From Pseudovirgaria hyperparasitica (lineage: Eukaryota), in the NCBI GenBank assembly GCA_010093815.1, contig ML996570.1: a stretch of DNA of 64,000 nucleotides; one strand, given 5' to 3'. The position numbers and the translations under genes are program-made. Within the stretch, counting starts at the first letter, position 1, and each line of letters starts with the position of its first letter. Below are positions 25,077 through 36,959 of the stretch, piece after piece. Below the pieces are notes generated by a model. The model was not told the DNA's origin and did no database searches. It worked only from the letters and a program-made list of their open reading frames with translations.

Positions 25077-26380
25077 GGGCTTGACGGCTTGAGAGAGTGT
25101 TTGTGTCCTGTCCTGGCCTATCCTGTCTGGTCCTGTAGATTGGATATGATATGTTAGTGATGTGTCGAAATCAGGAATTTGATGAGGTTTTCGTGTGCGT
25201 GTGTGTGTGTGTGTGTACTAATGATATATTCTCGTCCCCCCCCCTTTCCCTTTCCACCTAAAGTCATGCATATCCAAATGCCCGATTGCCTAATCTATAA
25301 CCCTACTACCCACATCTTCAAATGCACTTGGCACATCCACATATATCTCCATCTCCATCTCCATCTCCATCCCTAAACCCCCATCTAAAATCACGGCCCT
25401 AGCCCCAATCCACAATCTGCAATCTCGATCTATATCCATCCACACCATGCATACCCTTCGAATACAAAAGAAAAAAAAAAGAATAAAAGAGGAGAAAAGA
25501 GAGGAAAGAGAGGAAAGAGAGAGAGAGAGAGAGAGGGTGAGAAGAATGCGGGGTGAAGAGAAAAAAGGGTGGGGTAGAACGTGACTTGTGGCTTGATTTG
25601 TATGGTATGCTAGGTGGTTATATAGCTTAGTTGTTGTAGTATGTTATACTAGGTATACTGTGTTGCTATTCATTAGGGAGTGGCAGATGGAGGGAATGAA
25701 TGGATTTGGTGGGTGTAATGCATGTGTTTGATGGGTTTGATGGAGGTGTTAATAGGTGGTATCTAGTATGCTCGTTGCGAGTATAATGTGATATAATATA
25801 GCGTACCGTACTATACTGTACACCGCTGTACTATACTATACGATACATTTAATACATCAACGACCACTCTTTCCTAACCCGAACTCGCGTCGCTCCTTCC
25901 TGCCTCATTCTATGCATAATTAAAAATTGTATTTGTATTCAAAAGCATGATGTTGGTGTTGGTGTTTGGTCTAGTTCTCACGAATGCCTTCTTACATGAT
26001 AGTCTGCGCAGAGCAAAGTGAGAGGCACTGTATCTACATGCTCGTCTGCTTGAGTCTCTCCTTACTGACTTCGTCCTTATTTTCTTGTTTTCTCACCAGG
26101 ACGTCTAGAACGTCCCGAAACACAGACTCCAGCGCGGTGGGAGGGTGGTGTCCACGCTGGTTGTTGGAGGAGACGGGAAGGAGAAGGGGAGGGGCAGATA
26201 TTACATCATTCGTGTCCTTCTCCCTCCCGCTCTGGGTCGCCGGGTGGTGTTACCGGCCTGGCCTGCCTAGGAAGGTTGTACGGCGGCGAGGGTATTCAGG
26301 AGGATCCCCTTCCTCGCGTCGTTGGATCGACATATCCACTTCGATCGAGACCAAAAAAGTCCCGTAATAAATACGCCTGT

Positions 26381-27891
26381 TCAAGTCACAGATCCCACAA
26401 CAGCAAGCGGCCAGTCCAGCCAAGACACCCACGAGGGGCCCAATCTGTCAGCAATAGGCCGCACCAGCATCCTGCCAGCATCTCCCACAATCCACACATC
26501 CGAGTACGGGTGCAGGAGCGCGGCATAGTGCGCAAGCACGACGAGCGCCTGCGCATTACGCTGCGTGAGGAGGGCGGAGTATTCGTCCGTGAGAAGCGCG
26601 GGCCAGTTGAAGAGCATGCTCCGCTGCGAATACGACGATGAGGACGATGACGAGGGGGACGACTTCACGCCTTCGGCATCGGTCGCCTTGCGCGCCTGGT
26701 AGTGCTTCTCTGCCACGGCGACGAGATGGAGGTTACGGATGGCCTCCTTGAGCGCCGTGCGCGCGCTCTCGTCCAAGTCCCCAGAGGCGTCCGGCAAGCC
26801 CCACAGAGGGTCCAGGAACGCCGTCTCGCCGCCCGGTGAGTTTTCCCCTGTGCTCAGTTCTGCCGTCGCCCGCGCGATGAGCGGCGCGAGTTCGCTCGTG
26901 GAGATGTCGTCCCAGGACGTACCGGCGATGGCGCGCACGCCGCGGTGCACATTCATGTAGTCGATGAACTTGTCCAGGAAATCGGGCGTGGCGAGGTTGT
27001 CCATGTCCATGTCTACGTCCGACTCCACCCGGTCCGGGCGCACGATGTCGGCCAGCGTGTGGTTGCTCAGCAGCGAGGCGAAGAGCAGCATCGACACGCC
27101 TTCGCGGCTGTCTGCTGCCGCGACCGAGTCCTGGAAGGCGGCGAGTGCTTGGGTTTGGAGACGGACGGCCTCGCTGCGGTAGTGCTTGCTCTGGGAGGCG
27201 CTGCCGGAGCGGCTCAGGTGCAGTGCTGCGAACGCAAGCACCTCGTACATGAGATATGGCGCTGATGTTGCCTTGGCCATGAATAGCTTGTAGACTTCTG
27301 TGTCGACGAGGTACACGCCCATGCCAGACTGAGGCCCCGCCTCGAGGAGGAAGTGACTCAGCAGGTGCAGATGGTCGATTTGAAGGTCCGGCGAGGCGTT
27401 GGAGCTGTCATTATGGGGCGAGAGGACGTTTTCGGATGGTGGAGTCAGTGTGGTTGCCGAGGGCGAGGCGGAAGTGGCAGTGGCCTTGGTGGTAGTAGTA
27501 GTGGTAGTGGTAGTGGTGGTGGAGTTGGATGCAGGGGTGAATCTGATATAAGTACAAGTAATGCGGGCATGCTGGCAGTTGTTGCATGCTGGCTGGGTCT
27601 CGTCGCACTGTATGGCGGTTTGTCAGTCTCGAGGCGGGTTTTGGCATAATAGCCTGTTCGGTCTTTGACGCTGATAGCATGATGTATATATATATATGGA
27701 CGAGGCCCAAGTCAACAGGGGAACAGGTAACCGGTACAACCCAGAACCAGCCCCAAAGCATATCGTTTTCAGCAACACAAGCACTATAGATCCAATAGCG
27801 ACGCAAAAAGGGGCATACTGCTGACCTTGATATGACGCCGCTTGCAGTCCTTGCAGCCATGCCTTGACTTGGTATGGGTTCGGCGTGGCAT
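26381..27891 (-). CDS. Zn(II)2Cys6 transcription factor (Upc2/sterol-uptake-like architecture)
   Basis: Exon 1 MPRRTHTKSRHGCKDCKRRHIK, intron 27825-27608, then CDETQPACNNCQHARITC, in frame with the 27322-26381 ORF (PYLMYEVLAFAALHL, ALVVLAHYAALLH...W.VGDAG...WLDWP). Confidence 0.92.
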
Positions 27892-28761
27892 GATTGATAG
27901 ACACTCTCGACACTAAGCAGCGGGATGGATTTGGCAGGCAGGCTAAGACCGCTCCCGGGACTGTAGTACGACTTGAGACTTGCGATTGGAAATTCTGAGA
28001 TGATATTGCCGGACGAAGTGAGTGAAAGAAGAAGCGTAAGGCCGAAGAGAAGAGAGATATGAATACGACGCGTACGTCGTTGCTATTATTGGCCGGGAGG
28101 GGCTGCTAGCCGTTTAAGACTAGACTGGAGACGCTAGTGATACATGCTAGCCTATCCTGGTTAGTCTGAATGTCACTCCTCAGCTCTCGATATCAACTCT
28201 GATTACACATGTAGCCTGTACTTGCACAAGTATATATATATTTCCTCTCTCTTCATAGGATGTGACTCTGAAAATATCGATAACGAGAAACATGGTTGCC
28301 AGTCAGGCACGGAGTGCGATTGTACTGGACATTCTCTAGAGACCGTGGTGGCCAGAAGGGGATTAAGTAAGAAGATGACAGCACTCACGTCTGAATGACA
28401 CCGCAAGACCTCTTAGCAGTCTATCACAGGGGCTACATCTGAGACTGCTGCTCGTCTAGCCATGGTGAGTGAATAATGTTGGAGCTCTGTGTACTAGATC
28501 TTGTGATACTGATGATACATCAAAGGTCCATCAGACTCGACAGGAGACTTATTTGACATGACTGGACGAAAGCAGATAGTACAGTGTCGTGAGCCTAGAA
28601 TCTTTATTTTCTATCCCAACGTCAACTCGAAGACGCAGATCCGCCGTTGCAAGTTCTATGATACGTACGGACGAACGACAAGCACTGTTAGCACAGGAGA
28701 GTATGTGATATAAACAATATACACAACCACAACCACAACATACACACACCCACCCAGCCAC

Positions 28762-29337
28762 TCACGCCGCCGAATCCGCATAAAACGCAACCCCATCCCT
28801 CCACGCCAAATCAACCTCCACGGCCCCCGCCCCAGCCTCCGGCAACGCATCAACCGTCAACCGCAACCCCGTCGCCGCACTAAACGAATCATGATCAAAC
28901 AGAATCAAATTCAGCGCACTCAAAATCGAATTATCATACCCAGCAGCCCGGAACTCCGCCTTCTTGGCCTTGACATTCGCAACCAAGACGGGGATGCTGA
29001 CGCCGACGGAGCGCGTGACAGCGGTGGCAATGGCGGCGCTCTCGGGCTGTGTGAAGGCGCCGGAGGTCTTTGCGGCGTCGTAGGCGATGCGGTTTACGCG
29101 GTCGATTTCGGCCCAGCCGTGGAGGATGGGGTCGATGGATGAGGTGGGGGTGTAGGCGAGGACGGCGGTGTTGAGGGTGCGGGTTTCGCGGTCGATGTTG
29201 TAGATGCCTTGCTCGACGGCGCGGCCGTTGGAGGGGAGGGATAGGTTTATGGTGTCGGGGGAGGAGGAGGGGGTGGGGAGGCTGAGGGCTGTGGTTGAGA
29301 GGGCGGAGAGGGTGGTGGTGATTGTGCGGAAGAGCAT
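28762..29337 (-). CDS. Secreted HsbA / cell-wall mannoprotein-like helical protein
   Basis: Signal peptide MLFRTITTTLSALSTTALSLP, about 190 aa, Cys-free and Ala-rich, with the KKAEFRAAG...IL..L..I...HDSFSAA pattern typical of HsbA-family proteins. Confidence 0.7.
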   Translation of the reverse strand: MLFRTITTTLSALSTTALSLPTPSSSPDTINLSLPSNGRAVEQGIYNIDRETRTLNTAVLAYTPTSSIDPILHGWAEIDRVNRIAYDAAKTSGAFTQPESAAIATAVTRSVGVSIPVLVANVKAKKAEFRAAGYDNSILSALNLILFDHDSFSAATGLRLTVDALPEAGAGAVEVDLAWRDGVAFYADSAA

Positions 29338-29960
29338 TTTTTTTGGAGAGATGGGGAGGTTGTTGTTTGTGGTTGTGGGGTTTTGGGCGGGGGTAAACGA
29401 GAGTGATGGTTTCAGGCTTTTTGTATATTCATGTCAAAGGGTTTTGGCTGTGGAGCTATATTAGTGTATGATGCGATGGACAGACGGTGCCGAGGCATAT
29501 CAGATTTTGGGGCATAAGTTGGCATTTGTTGTGGAGGGTCTTGCCCAGCGAGTGACGCTAGCTTCTGAGGAGCCTACTGTTGACGCCAGACTGAGACTTC
29601 AAAGGAGACATCGTATGGGACTTGGGGCTTCGTTATGGCACAATGATGTTGACGATCTATTTGGAATGCACATGTGGTCAAATCAGCGAATGTTCGCCGG
29701 CTACCAAGATCCCGCGCTGTGGTTGATCAAGGCTAAATTAGAGAGGACGCGGATCCGAATGCTAAAGATCTCCCTATCTCTCGCGGGCCTACAGGTATGA
29801 TATCCCTATCATCCAATTTGCATATAGAGAGCGATATAGAAAGACCAGCAACGATGTCAGAGCAGGAAGAAGAAGCCAAAGCTAGCATATACATAGACAT
29901 TGACAAGTGCAACGTATCGACACGCCCATGGCACAACGCGCCACGATTTAAGAGGCACAA

Positions 29961-30030
29961 TACGCCACAATACGCCACAGTACGCCGCAATGCGCCATGA
30001 TACGCCATGATACGCCACAATACGCCACAC
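29961..30030. repeat. Tandem array of seven 10-bp units, consensus TACGCCACAA
   Basis: tacgccacaa tacgccacag tacgccgcaa tgcgccatga tacgccatga tacgccacaa tacgccacac. Confidence 0.9.
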
Positions 30031-30535
30031 AATACTCAATCACGGATCGATGGAACTGCCAGGTATATATATGTATCTATATGTACAGAGAACAAGAGAA
30101 AAAAAGCTGGTGATGGGGGCATCAGGTATGCGTGACAATAGATAACGGTAGGAGGGACCAATATGCTGATGATGATGATAATGATGATGTTCAAAGGGCA
30201 GCTATGACCCGGTATTTCTCTCTCTCGTTCGTTCCGGACTCCCCGCCTCAAATCCCAGTATTCTCCATATACATTTCTCTCTATCTCTCCCGCCGAGCAC
30301 TACATAGATCATACATTATGAAAAAGATGTGCTGCTGCTGCTGGTGCCTGCTGTGGAGAACAAAAGAGAAGAAAAAGCACCTGTATCGGGTGGTAGGATT
30401 GGCAGCTATTTACTGCCCCGGCGGCTCTCGACCAGGCTCTCATTAAGGATAAATCTCAAGAAATATTCAAACGTGATGTGATTTTAGCAAAGGATTAGAT
30501 GCTGTGGCACACTCTCTGGCGCGTACCACTCTTCA

Positions 30536-31706
30536 TTACTGCTTGCGTAGCTTACCACCTACTGGCGTTCCTGTGCGTGACAGGTTCTCTCGTACGCTGG
30601 TCGGTGTTCCTCGCCTCTCTAGACTCTCATTGCTTCGCATCTCTCGTATTCGTTGAGCGCCGGCTCCGTCAGTGTGTCGCGGTGGTGATGGCACTTCGTC
30701 GACAGGAGATGGCGGGCCTGGGCTTGCACTTGGGATCGGAGCAGTGTTTACGTCGTTATATACACTGCTGCTCCGGGCGCTCTTCGAAATTGTGGGGTTG
30801 TAATTGCGCTCAGGCATGTCGTGTACGCCGCTGTACGCCGTACCCGGAGGCACAACGTTGCTGTAATCATTCGTTGCAGCCATGTTCTGGTGTGGCCCCC
30901 ACACCACAGGCCCAGTACCGTTGTGGTTGCTGGTCACAGTAGACGATCGAGAACGCGTCGAGCGTCCGGTGAAGGCCCTTCGAGGAGGCGCGATGCCCGA
31001 GTCCATCCCCCGATTCCCAAGAACTTGAGTCATGGCTGGTGCAGTAGCTACAGGCATTGTTGCGCTGGTGTTCATTTCTGCTTGATGTGGTACGTTGTCT
31101 GTGGATGCGACGTTTGCGTTCCTTGCATCGACGCGTCTGCGATGGCGTCGCTTGAGCCATGCTCCCCCAAAACCACCTCCAACCATGGCAACAACGAGTA
31201 CGACGGCGAAGATGATCCACCCCCAATGCGTCGATATCCTAGATGAGAGTGATTAGCCACAAGCACACAATCATAAGGACGGCCTTGGTTTACCATGACT
31301 TATCCTCATTATTTTGAGTCGAATTTGGCGAGGGAGAGTTCGTTGAAGCTGCTCCAGCATTGGCAGACGTAGCGCCAGGATTATTTGTGCCCGTATCAGA
31401 GTTTCTCCCACACAGTGTGTTGTATCCGGACTGAATCGCTTGGAAGTCGGAATCGGTCGTGCACACGCTGGCGCAAACAGCCTTTGGGTTCGTGATCAAT
31501 GCAGCCAGGCGATCTGAATTGCACACGCATGTTCTATATGAGTCGGTATTGCCGGCGGGGACAGCAGGCGGAACGCAGACGTCGTTGGCAGCGTTCAGTT
31601 CGGGGCAAGTTGCGGCACAGGCCGGGAGGGACGAGAAGGGAATGATCTTTTCGGTGCTTTGAGCGACGATTGTGGTGGCCAAGATGGCCAGGATGAGGTT
31701 CTTCAT
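30536..31706 (-). CDS. Single-pass membrane protein with Cys-rich (CFEM-like) ectodomain and low-complexity cytoplasmic tail
   Basis: Signal peptide, LPACAATC...C.PP...C.C...C..VC...LC, Ser/Thr linker, intron about 31293-31240, TM WGWIIFAVVLVVAMVGGGFGGAWL followed by the stop-transfer KRRHRRR. Confidence 0.8.
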
Positions 31707-34019
31707 GGTGTATAGGTATTAAATTGATTTCTTTGTTACGAAGTGTTTTGTAGCGAGGGTGGAGACAGGGTGAGTCGGGGTCTGGTCATCACCGCGGATG
31801 CGGCGGAATGTTCGATTACGAGAGCGGTACAATAGCGACAGACTTGGACGTATGAATGGGCGTGAGAACGAGTGAAGGCGACAGTACTAAGCTGTCTGTT
31901 GGAAAAAGAGACGCCGACGAAGACGACGACGACGACGAGGTTGAGGAATGTAGAGTGTAGACGGAAAGGAGGGAGCATTCAATGAATTGGATGAGCGGAT
32001 GTGGCACGCGGAAGTCAGGGAACTTTGGCGCTTGGGGGCTGCCGGGCACTCGGGGCGGACCCACCGCCCAGAACCGCCCTTAACACTATTTACCATTATT
32101 ATTATCATCATTTTATCATTGTACTAATTATAATATTAGTATGTAGACGCCTGATTCACTTCAGGCACAGCTGACTTACCACAGAACACTCCGAGATTGT
32201 TTCGTGACAGTCTCATCTATTCCTGCGTTGGCTGTCGTCGCTCTGTCTCTCCTGGAACACCATCACTTCACGTCGATTCGCGCCCAAGACGGGACAGGAC
32301 AAGACGCGTCTCGTGTCATCAGTCCACTGTCCGGCTTGTTCCTGGCTGTGATCGGAGCCTATCTGGGGACTTCCGCGACCTAATTTGTTGATTTGGTGGA
32401 GACAGAAGTTCATTATTGCTTCTGAATGTGCAACATACCTCGAACTATTATACACACCAGAAGGGCCAGTACTGTCGACTCTGGCCACTAAATGATCTCT
32501 TAGCAGCGCACGTTCCGAGCAGATCGCTTTCATCTTTCATCTCGGGCGACACGGACAAAAAAGCATGACGTCTGCAGGAGGATTCCGCTGCTGCAAAGGC
32601 CAATAGACCGCTCGTCGCGCCCTGCATTCAACACCAGGGACCAGGCTGTGTGCTTGTGGCCAGGTCTCGCCCTATGCACGCCCGTGACTGTCTTCTTTTT
32701 CCCAGTTACCAGATTGTGCAGCAAGTGTCTCGCAGCTCGTGTACTGGGATGTGCGATAGAGTGCATTCTCCAGGCTGGAGCAAGTTCTCTCTGATAGTCA
32801 GGGTTCAATCTGATATCTATTGTCCAGATAGCGTCACAGGCCGTTTCAGACCTTTGGAGACAAAAAGTGTCACGGCTGTACTCGCACACTATTATCTGAT
32901 ACACAAACCATTGGCCCCTGTTCAGAAGCTTCTCACTTTCGACGACACGGCGACACGGTGACAGTGAAGTGAAAAGCAACCCAGTGCTGAGTTGGACTGT
33001 TTCGGACAATAACATGGACAAGTCCTACTTACCCGCCTGTACTTATCGTCGCTCTTGATGAACTGAGAGCATGTAAAGCCCATTGTCATCACGTGGGTGG
33101 CGTATTCGTATTTTGGTAGAGCGGAGAGAGTCTGAGACGTGGGTAGACTGGCACGGACTGACATGCGGTCTACTTCTGTTTCTGTTTCTGTTTCTGTTTT
33201 TGTTTCTACTATTAATACCAACTATCTATCTTTGCCGGGCGGAGAGGCCGTGGGGACATGGAGACTGGACATGATGCCTGATAAGTCCCCGTCTCAAGTG
33301 TTTACGCTCGAAGGGGTTGAATTGTTTTATATGGCATCTCCATCGAGCTTTGGAGGCTGCTAGGAATGCTTCTCATGCTCAAATTCTACTAAAATTTTAT
33401 CAAATGTCATACATGTCACTGTCTCGACAGCTGTGCGCCTTTTCCTCTCCCGGTATGGTTTGCTTTCGTTTGCTTTGGTTTGGCGCTTCCCCAGACACTC
33501 ACTAGACAGTGCGTCCACTGCGGGCCGTGGCAACTAATCATCTATCCCGCAGCCATGTATATATGCACACATGAGGTAGACCAGAACAAGTCCTAAAACA
33601 ACATCTCCGCCCGACACAGTCTCGACGGCGACGCGCACAGTCATGGCGTCGGGTCAAGCGTCTGAATGCTGACGATGAAGATGATTCAGTCTGCTGATAT
33701 CTTATCAGCGCTTTGGCATGTCTTCTCCCACGTCCTAGGGGGCCACAACCAATCCTGACCGGTCACTGGTCCACTGCCAGCCCTCCAACGAATCCCTGTG
33801 CATCTCCAAGACCTTCTCGCGGTCTTGGGTGTCTCTCTACTCTGCCGCTAATTTTTTCCTCTCCACCAGACCCGTCCTGTCCCCTTCTAGGGCCGTAGGA
33901 GACGTTCGGGTTTGTTGCGCTTTTAAAGCTGCTGCCTTACCCCCGTTGATCGCCTTTCGAGGCTTTTGCTTCTGTACTTTTGCAAATCTCTCAGGTGCTG
34001 GAGCTTCGAATTCGCTATC

Positions 34020-36187
34020 ATGGCAGCAGCGGACAAGTCGGAGATTGATGCCGGGTCGTCAACAACACCAGAGAAGGACGTCGAAAAAGTGCAATCCCAC
34101 AGCAATGTCAGCAACAATGGCGTCCCACGGAGAGGATCCGTGACTGTAGATATTATTCAGCATCAAATGTTCGACGGGCAGTACGAGACGACGCAGCGTG
34201 GACTGAAGTCGAGGTATGTGGCACGCGACACTCCGAGCGTGCGATCTCCGCTGACTGCATCTCAATTGCTAGACATGCGCAAATGATTGCACTGGGCGGC
34301 ACAATTGGCACTGGTCTATTCGTCGGTACTGGACAGACATTGGCGGCCGGCGGCCCTGCCTTTCTGCTGGGATGCTTCATCTTCATGTCATTTCTTGTCT
34401 TCTGCATTGTGAGCGCCATTGCTGAAGTCGCCGCATATCTGCCCACGCCCGGCAGGTGAGCTATTCTGGAAGTTACAAATCGCAAAAGATATACTGACAG
34501 TCTAGTTCCATGAACATGTTTGGTTTCCGCTACGTGTCACGGACGATGGGTTTCTCCATGGGTTATCTATACTTTTACAGCCTGGGCGTCCTCGTTCCGT
34601 AAGTTGACGTTCAACTATCCAGCCTTCTGAGTCCTGCAACTAAAGAACACAGCTACGAGATCACAGCCGCCGGTCTGGTCATCGAGTACTGGAACTCCCC
34701 GGTGAACATTGGCGTGTGGATCACCATCATGATCGTCGTCATCGTAGGCCTCAATGCGCTGCCCGTGAAATTCTATGGAGAAACAGAATTCTGGTTCGCT
34801 GCAACGAAGGTCATCATGATGATCGGCCTGCTGATGGTCTCCTTCATCCTGTTCTGGGGCGGTGGACCAAGCAGAGATCGGCTGGGATTCCGATACTGGC
34901 AGCATCCAGGGGCCGTGAACGAGTATCTGGCAAGCGGAGACCGCGGCCGGTTTCTCGCCCTCCTCCGAACCTTCGTTCTCTCAGCCTTTCCGTTTGCCTT
35001 TGCGCCAGAGCTGCTCGGTGAGATGGCGCATCCGAGCATCCCCCTGTCTGGAACCAGCTAACCACGAGGCAAAACAGTCGCAACAGGAGGCGAGATGAGA
35101 TCGCCCCGTCGAAACATCCCGATCGCAGCCCGGCGCTACATCTACCGTCTCATCATCTTCTACATCGGCTCCGTCCTCGCAATCGGCGTCATCGTGCCGT
35201 CCAACGACCAGCAACTCACCAACGGCGGCCAGGGCGCAGGCTCGTCGCCGTTCGTAATCGGCATGAAGAACGCAGGTACGTAGCACCCCTTCATCCCGAA
35301 ACCAAACTCAACTCACCCGCCCAACCCAGGCATCCCCGTCCTCGACTCCATCGTCAACGCCGGCATCCTCATCTCCGCCTGGTCCTCCGGCAACTCCTTC
35401 CTCTACCTCTCCAGCCGCTCCCTCTACTCCCTCGCCCTCTCCGGCAACGCACCCAAGATCTTCAAAACCTGCACCAAAGCCGGCGTGCCCTACTACGCCG
35501 TCGGCGTCTCCGCACTCTTCTGCGCCCTCGCCTACCTCAACGTCGCCTCCTCGTCCTCGGTCGTCTTCAACTGGTTCGTCAACCTGACCAACACGTCCGG
35601 CTTCATCTCCTGGATCTGCTGCTGCGTGGTGTACCTGCGGTTCCGCAAGGCGCGGATCGCACAGGGGATCGTGACGGACCTGCCGTATTCGTCGTGGATT
35701 CAGCCGTGGGGGTCGTGGTTTGCGATGGTGGTGTTTTCGTTCTTGTTGTTGATTAATGGGTTTGATGTGTTTTGGGACTTTGACATTGCCGGGTTTTTCA
35801 CTGCTTATGTGGTTCGTGGTCCCCCCCTTTCCTCTGTTCCTGTCCATTGACCTTTTAATCCCCCATACTAACAACCCACCAACAGGGCATCCCCCTTTTC
35901 CTCGCCTTCTTCATCGGCCACAAGATCTACGCCTGGCACGACCCCTGGGCCCACGACCCCATGGACGTAGACTTCCAAACCGGTAATTACCCCTTTTTCC
36001 TTCACATCGGCATCCTTCCTTCTTCACCTTACTCCATCTCACCTTCCCCAACCGAAAACAAAACCGCAACCAAACACTAACCATTGCATCCCCCCTAGGC
36101 ATGGACCTAGTCCTCGCCGAGGAAACGCCCCCGAAACGCACCGGCCCGCTGCCGTGGTATTTGTGGATCAAGTATATCTGGGAGTAG
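34020..36187 (+). CDS. Amino-acid permease, APC/YAT family (proline permease Put4/PrnB-like)
   Basis: TQRGLKSR|HAQMIALGGTIGTGLFVG, YGETEFWFA, FAFAPEL, SSPFVIG, SAWSSGNSFLY. About 7 introns; ends KYIWE-TAG at 36187. Confidence 0.93.
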
Positions 36188-36365
36188 GTCGTAGTTGTCC
36201 TTGTTGTTGTATCAGAGCCGAACACAGGCTACGTACGTGCGAGGCGTGTAGAGGTATGTATATATCGCCCATAGCAACGTCCGGGCGCGCTTTAGGGATG
36301 AAAGATATACAGCAGACCGGGCGGACGGGCGGTGAGCTTCGTTCTTGGTTGGTGCGGTGCTGCGT

Positions 36366-36396
36366 GGCTTGGCTTGGCTTGGCTTGGCTTGGCTTG
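36366..36396. repeat. (GGCTT)n pentanucleotide repeat
   Basis: About six consecutive GGCTT units. Confidence 0.85.
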
Positions 36397-36876
36397 GGTA
36401 TATATATATGTATGAAATGAAAAAGGACATGAAAGGAAATGAACGAAAAGAATGGGAGGGAACTTTGTCCTATGTGCTACGTGCTATGATACATAGCTAT
36501 TCTTGGCCTTACCCGCCTTAGCTCCCGCAGACCAGAACAAGGGAGAAAAACGAAAGAGAAAAACTTGTTCTGAATACGTAAGTGTATCAAGCGTACCAAG
36601 CGTACCAAGTGCACGAAGCGTACCAAGCAAGTGTGTATACATCTACCGAATATGGTACTGCGTCATGAAATATATATTATAGAATACCAGAGTATTGTCA
36701 TACTAGGTCTTTCTTATACTGGGTCTTTCTTATACTAAAACAATCCTCATACTAAAAGGTCCTGATACTAAACGGACCTGATACTTATACCAAATAAACC
36801 CCCGAAAAAAAACAAGATTATATATATCTCATCTGAATAACTCACTCTTCCAAAGGTAGTAACCTATAGAAGGGTA

Positions 36877-36959
36877 GGCCAGGTGGCGTAGTGGTAGTGT
36901 GCTGCGCTACTGGAAGCGTTGGTCATCCAACGTCGTGGGTTCAAATCCTATAACGGCCA
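36877..36959 (+). pseudogene. tRNA-like Pol III module (A box TGGCGTAGTGG, B box GGTTCAAATCC); not a canonical tRNA
   Basis: GGCC...GGCCA termini, D-arm-like GCGT-AGTGGT-AGTGT, T arm GTGGG-TTCAAAT-CCTAT. The inner acceptor stem is mismatched and there is no clean 7-nt anticodon loop. Confidence 0.75.

Noticed and set aside
27608..27825. Intron-encoded snoRNA in the unusually long TF intron
   Set aside because: No box C (RTGATGA) / box D pair or clear H/ACA structure seen.
29961..30030. CRISPR-like array
   Set aside because: Contiguous 10-bp units without spacers, in a eukaryotic genome with no cas genes.
31800..33950. Possible hidden gene in the 2-kb divergent intergenic region
   Set aside because: Only short non-ATG ORFs, with no coherent exon chain or protein motif found by eye.
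36877..36959. Functional tRNA gene, including tRNA-Sec because of the long extra arm and a TCA triplet
   Set aside because: The acceptor stem has three inner mismatches, there is no canonical anticodon loop, and TCA lies in a 4-nt loop of the extra hairpin. The TSD and tail context favour a SINE head.
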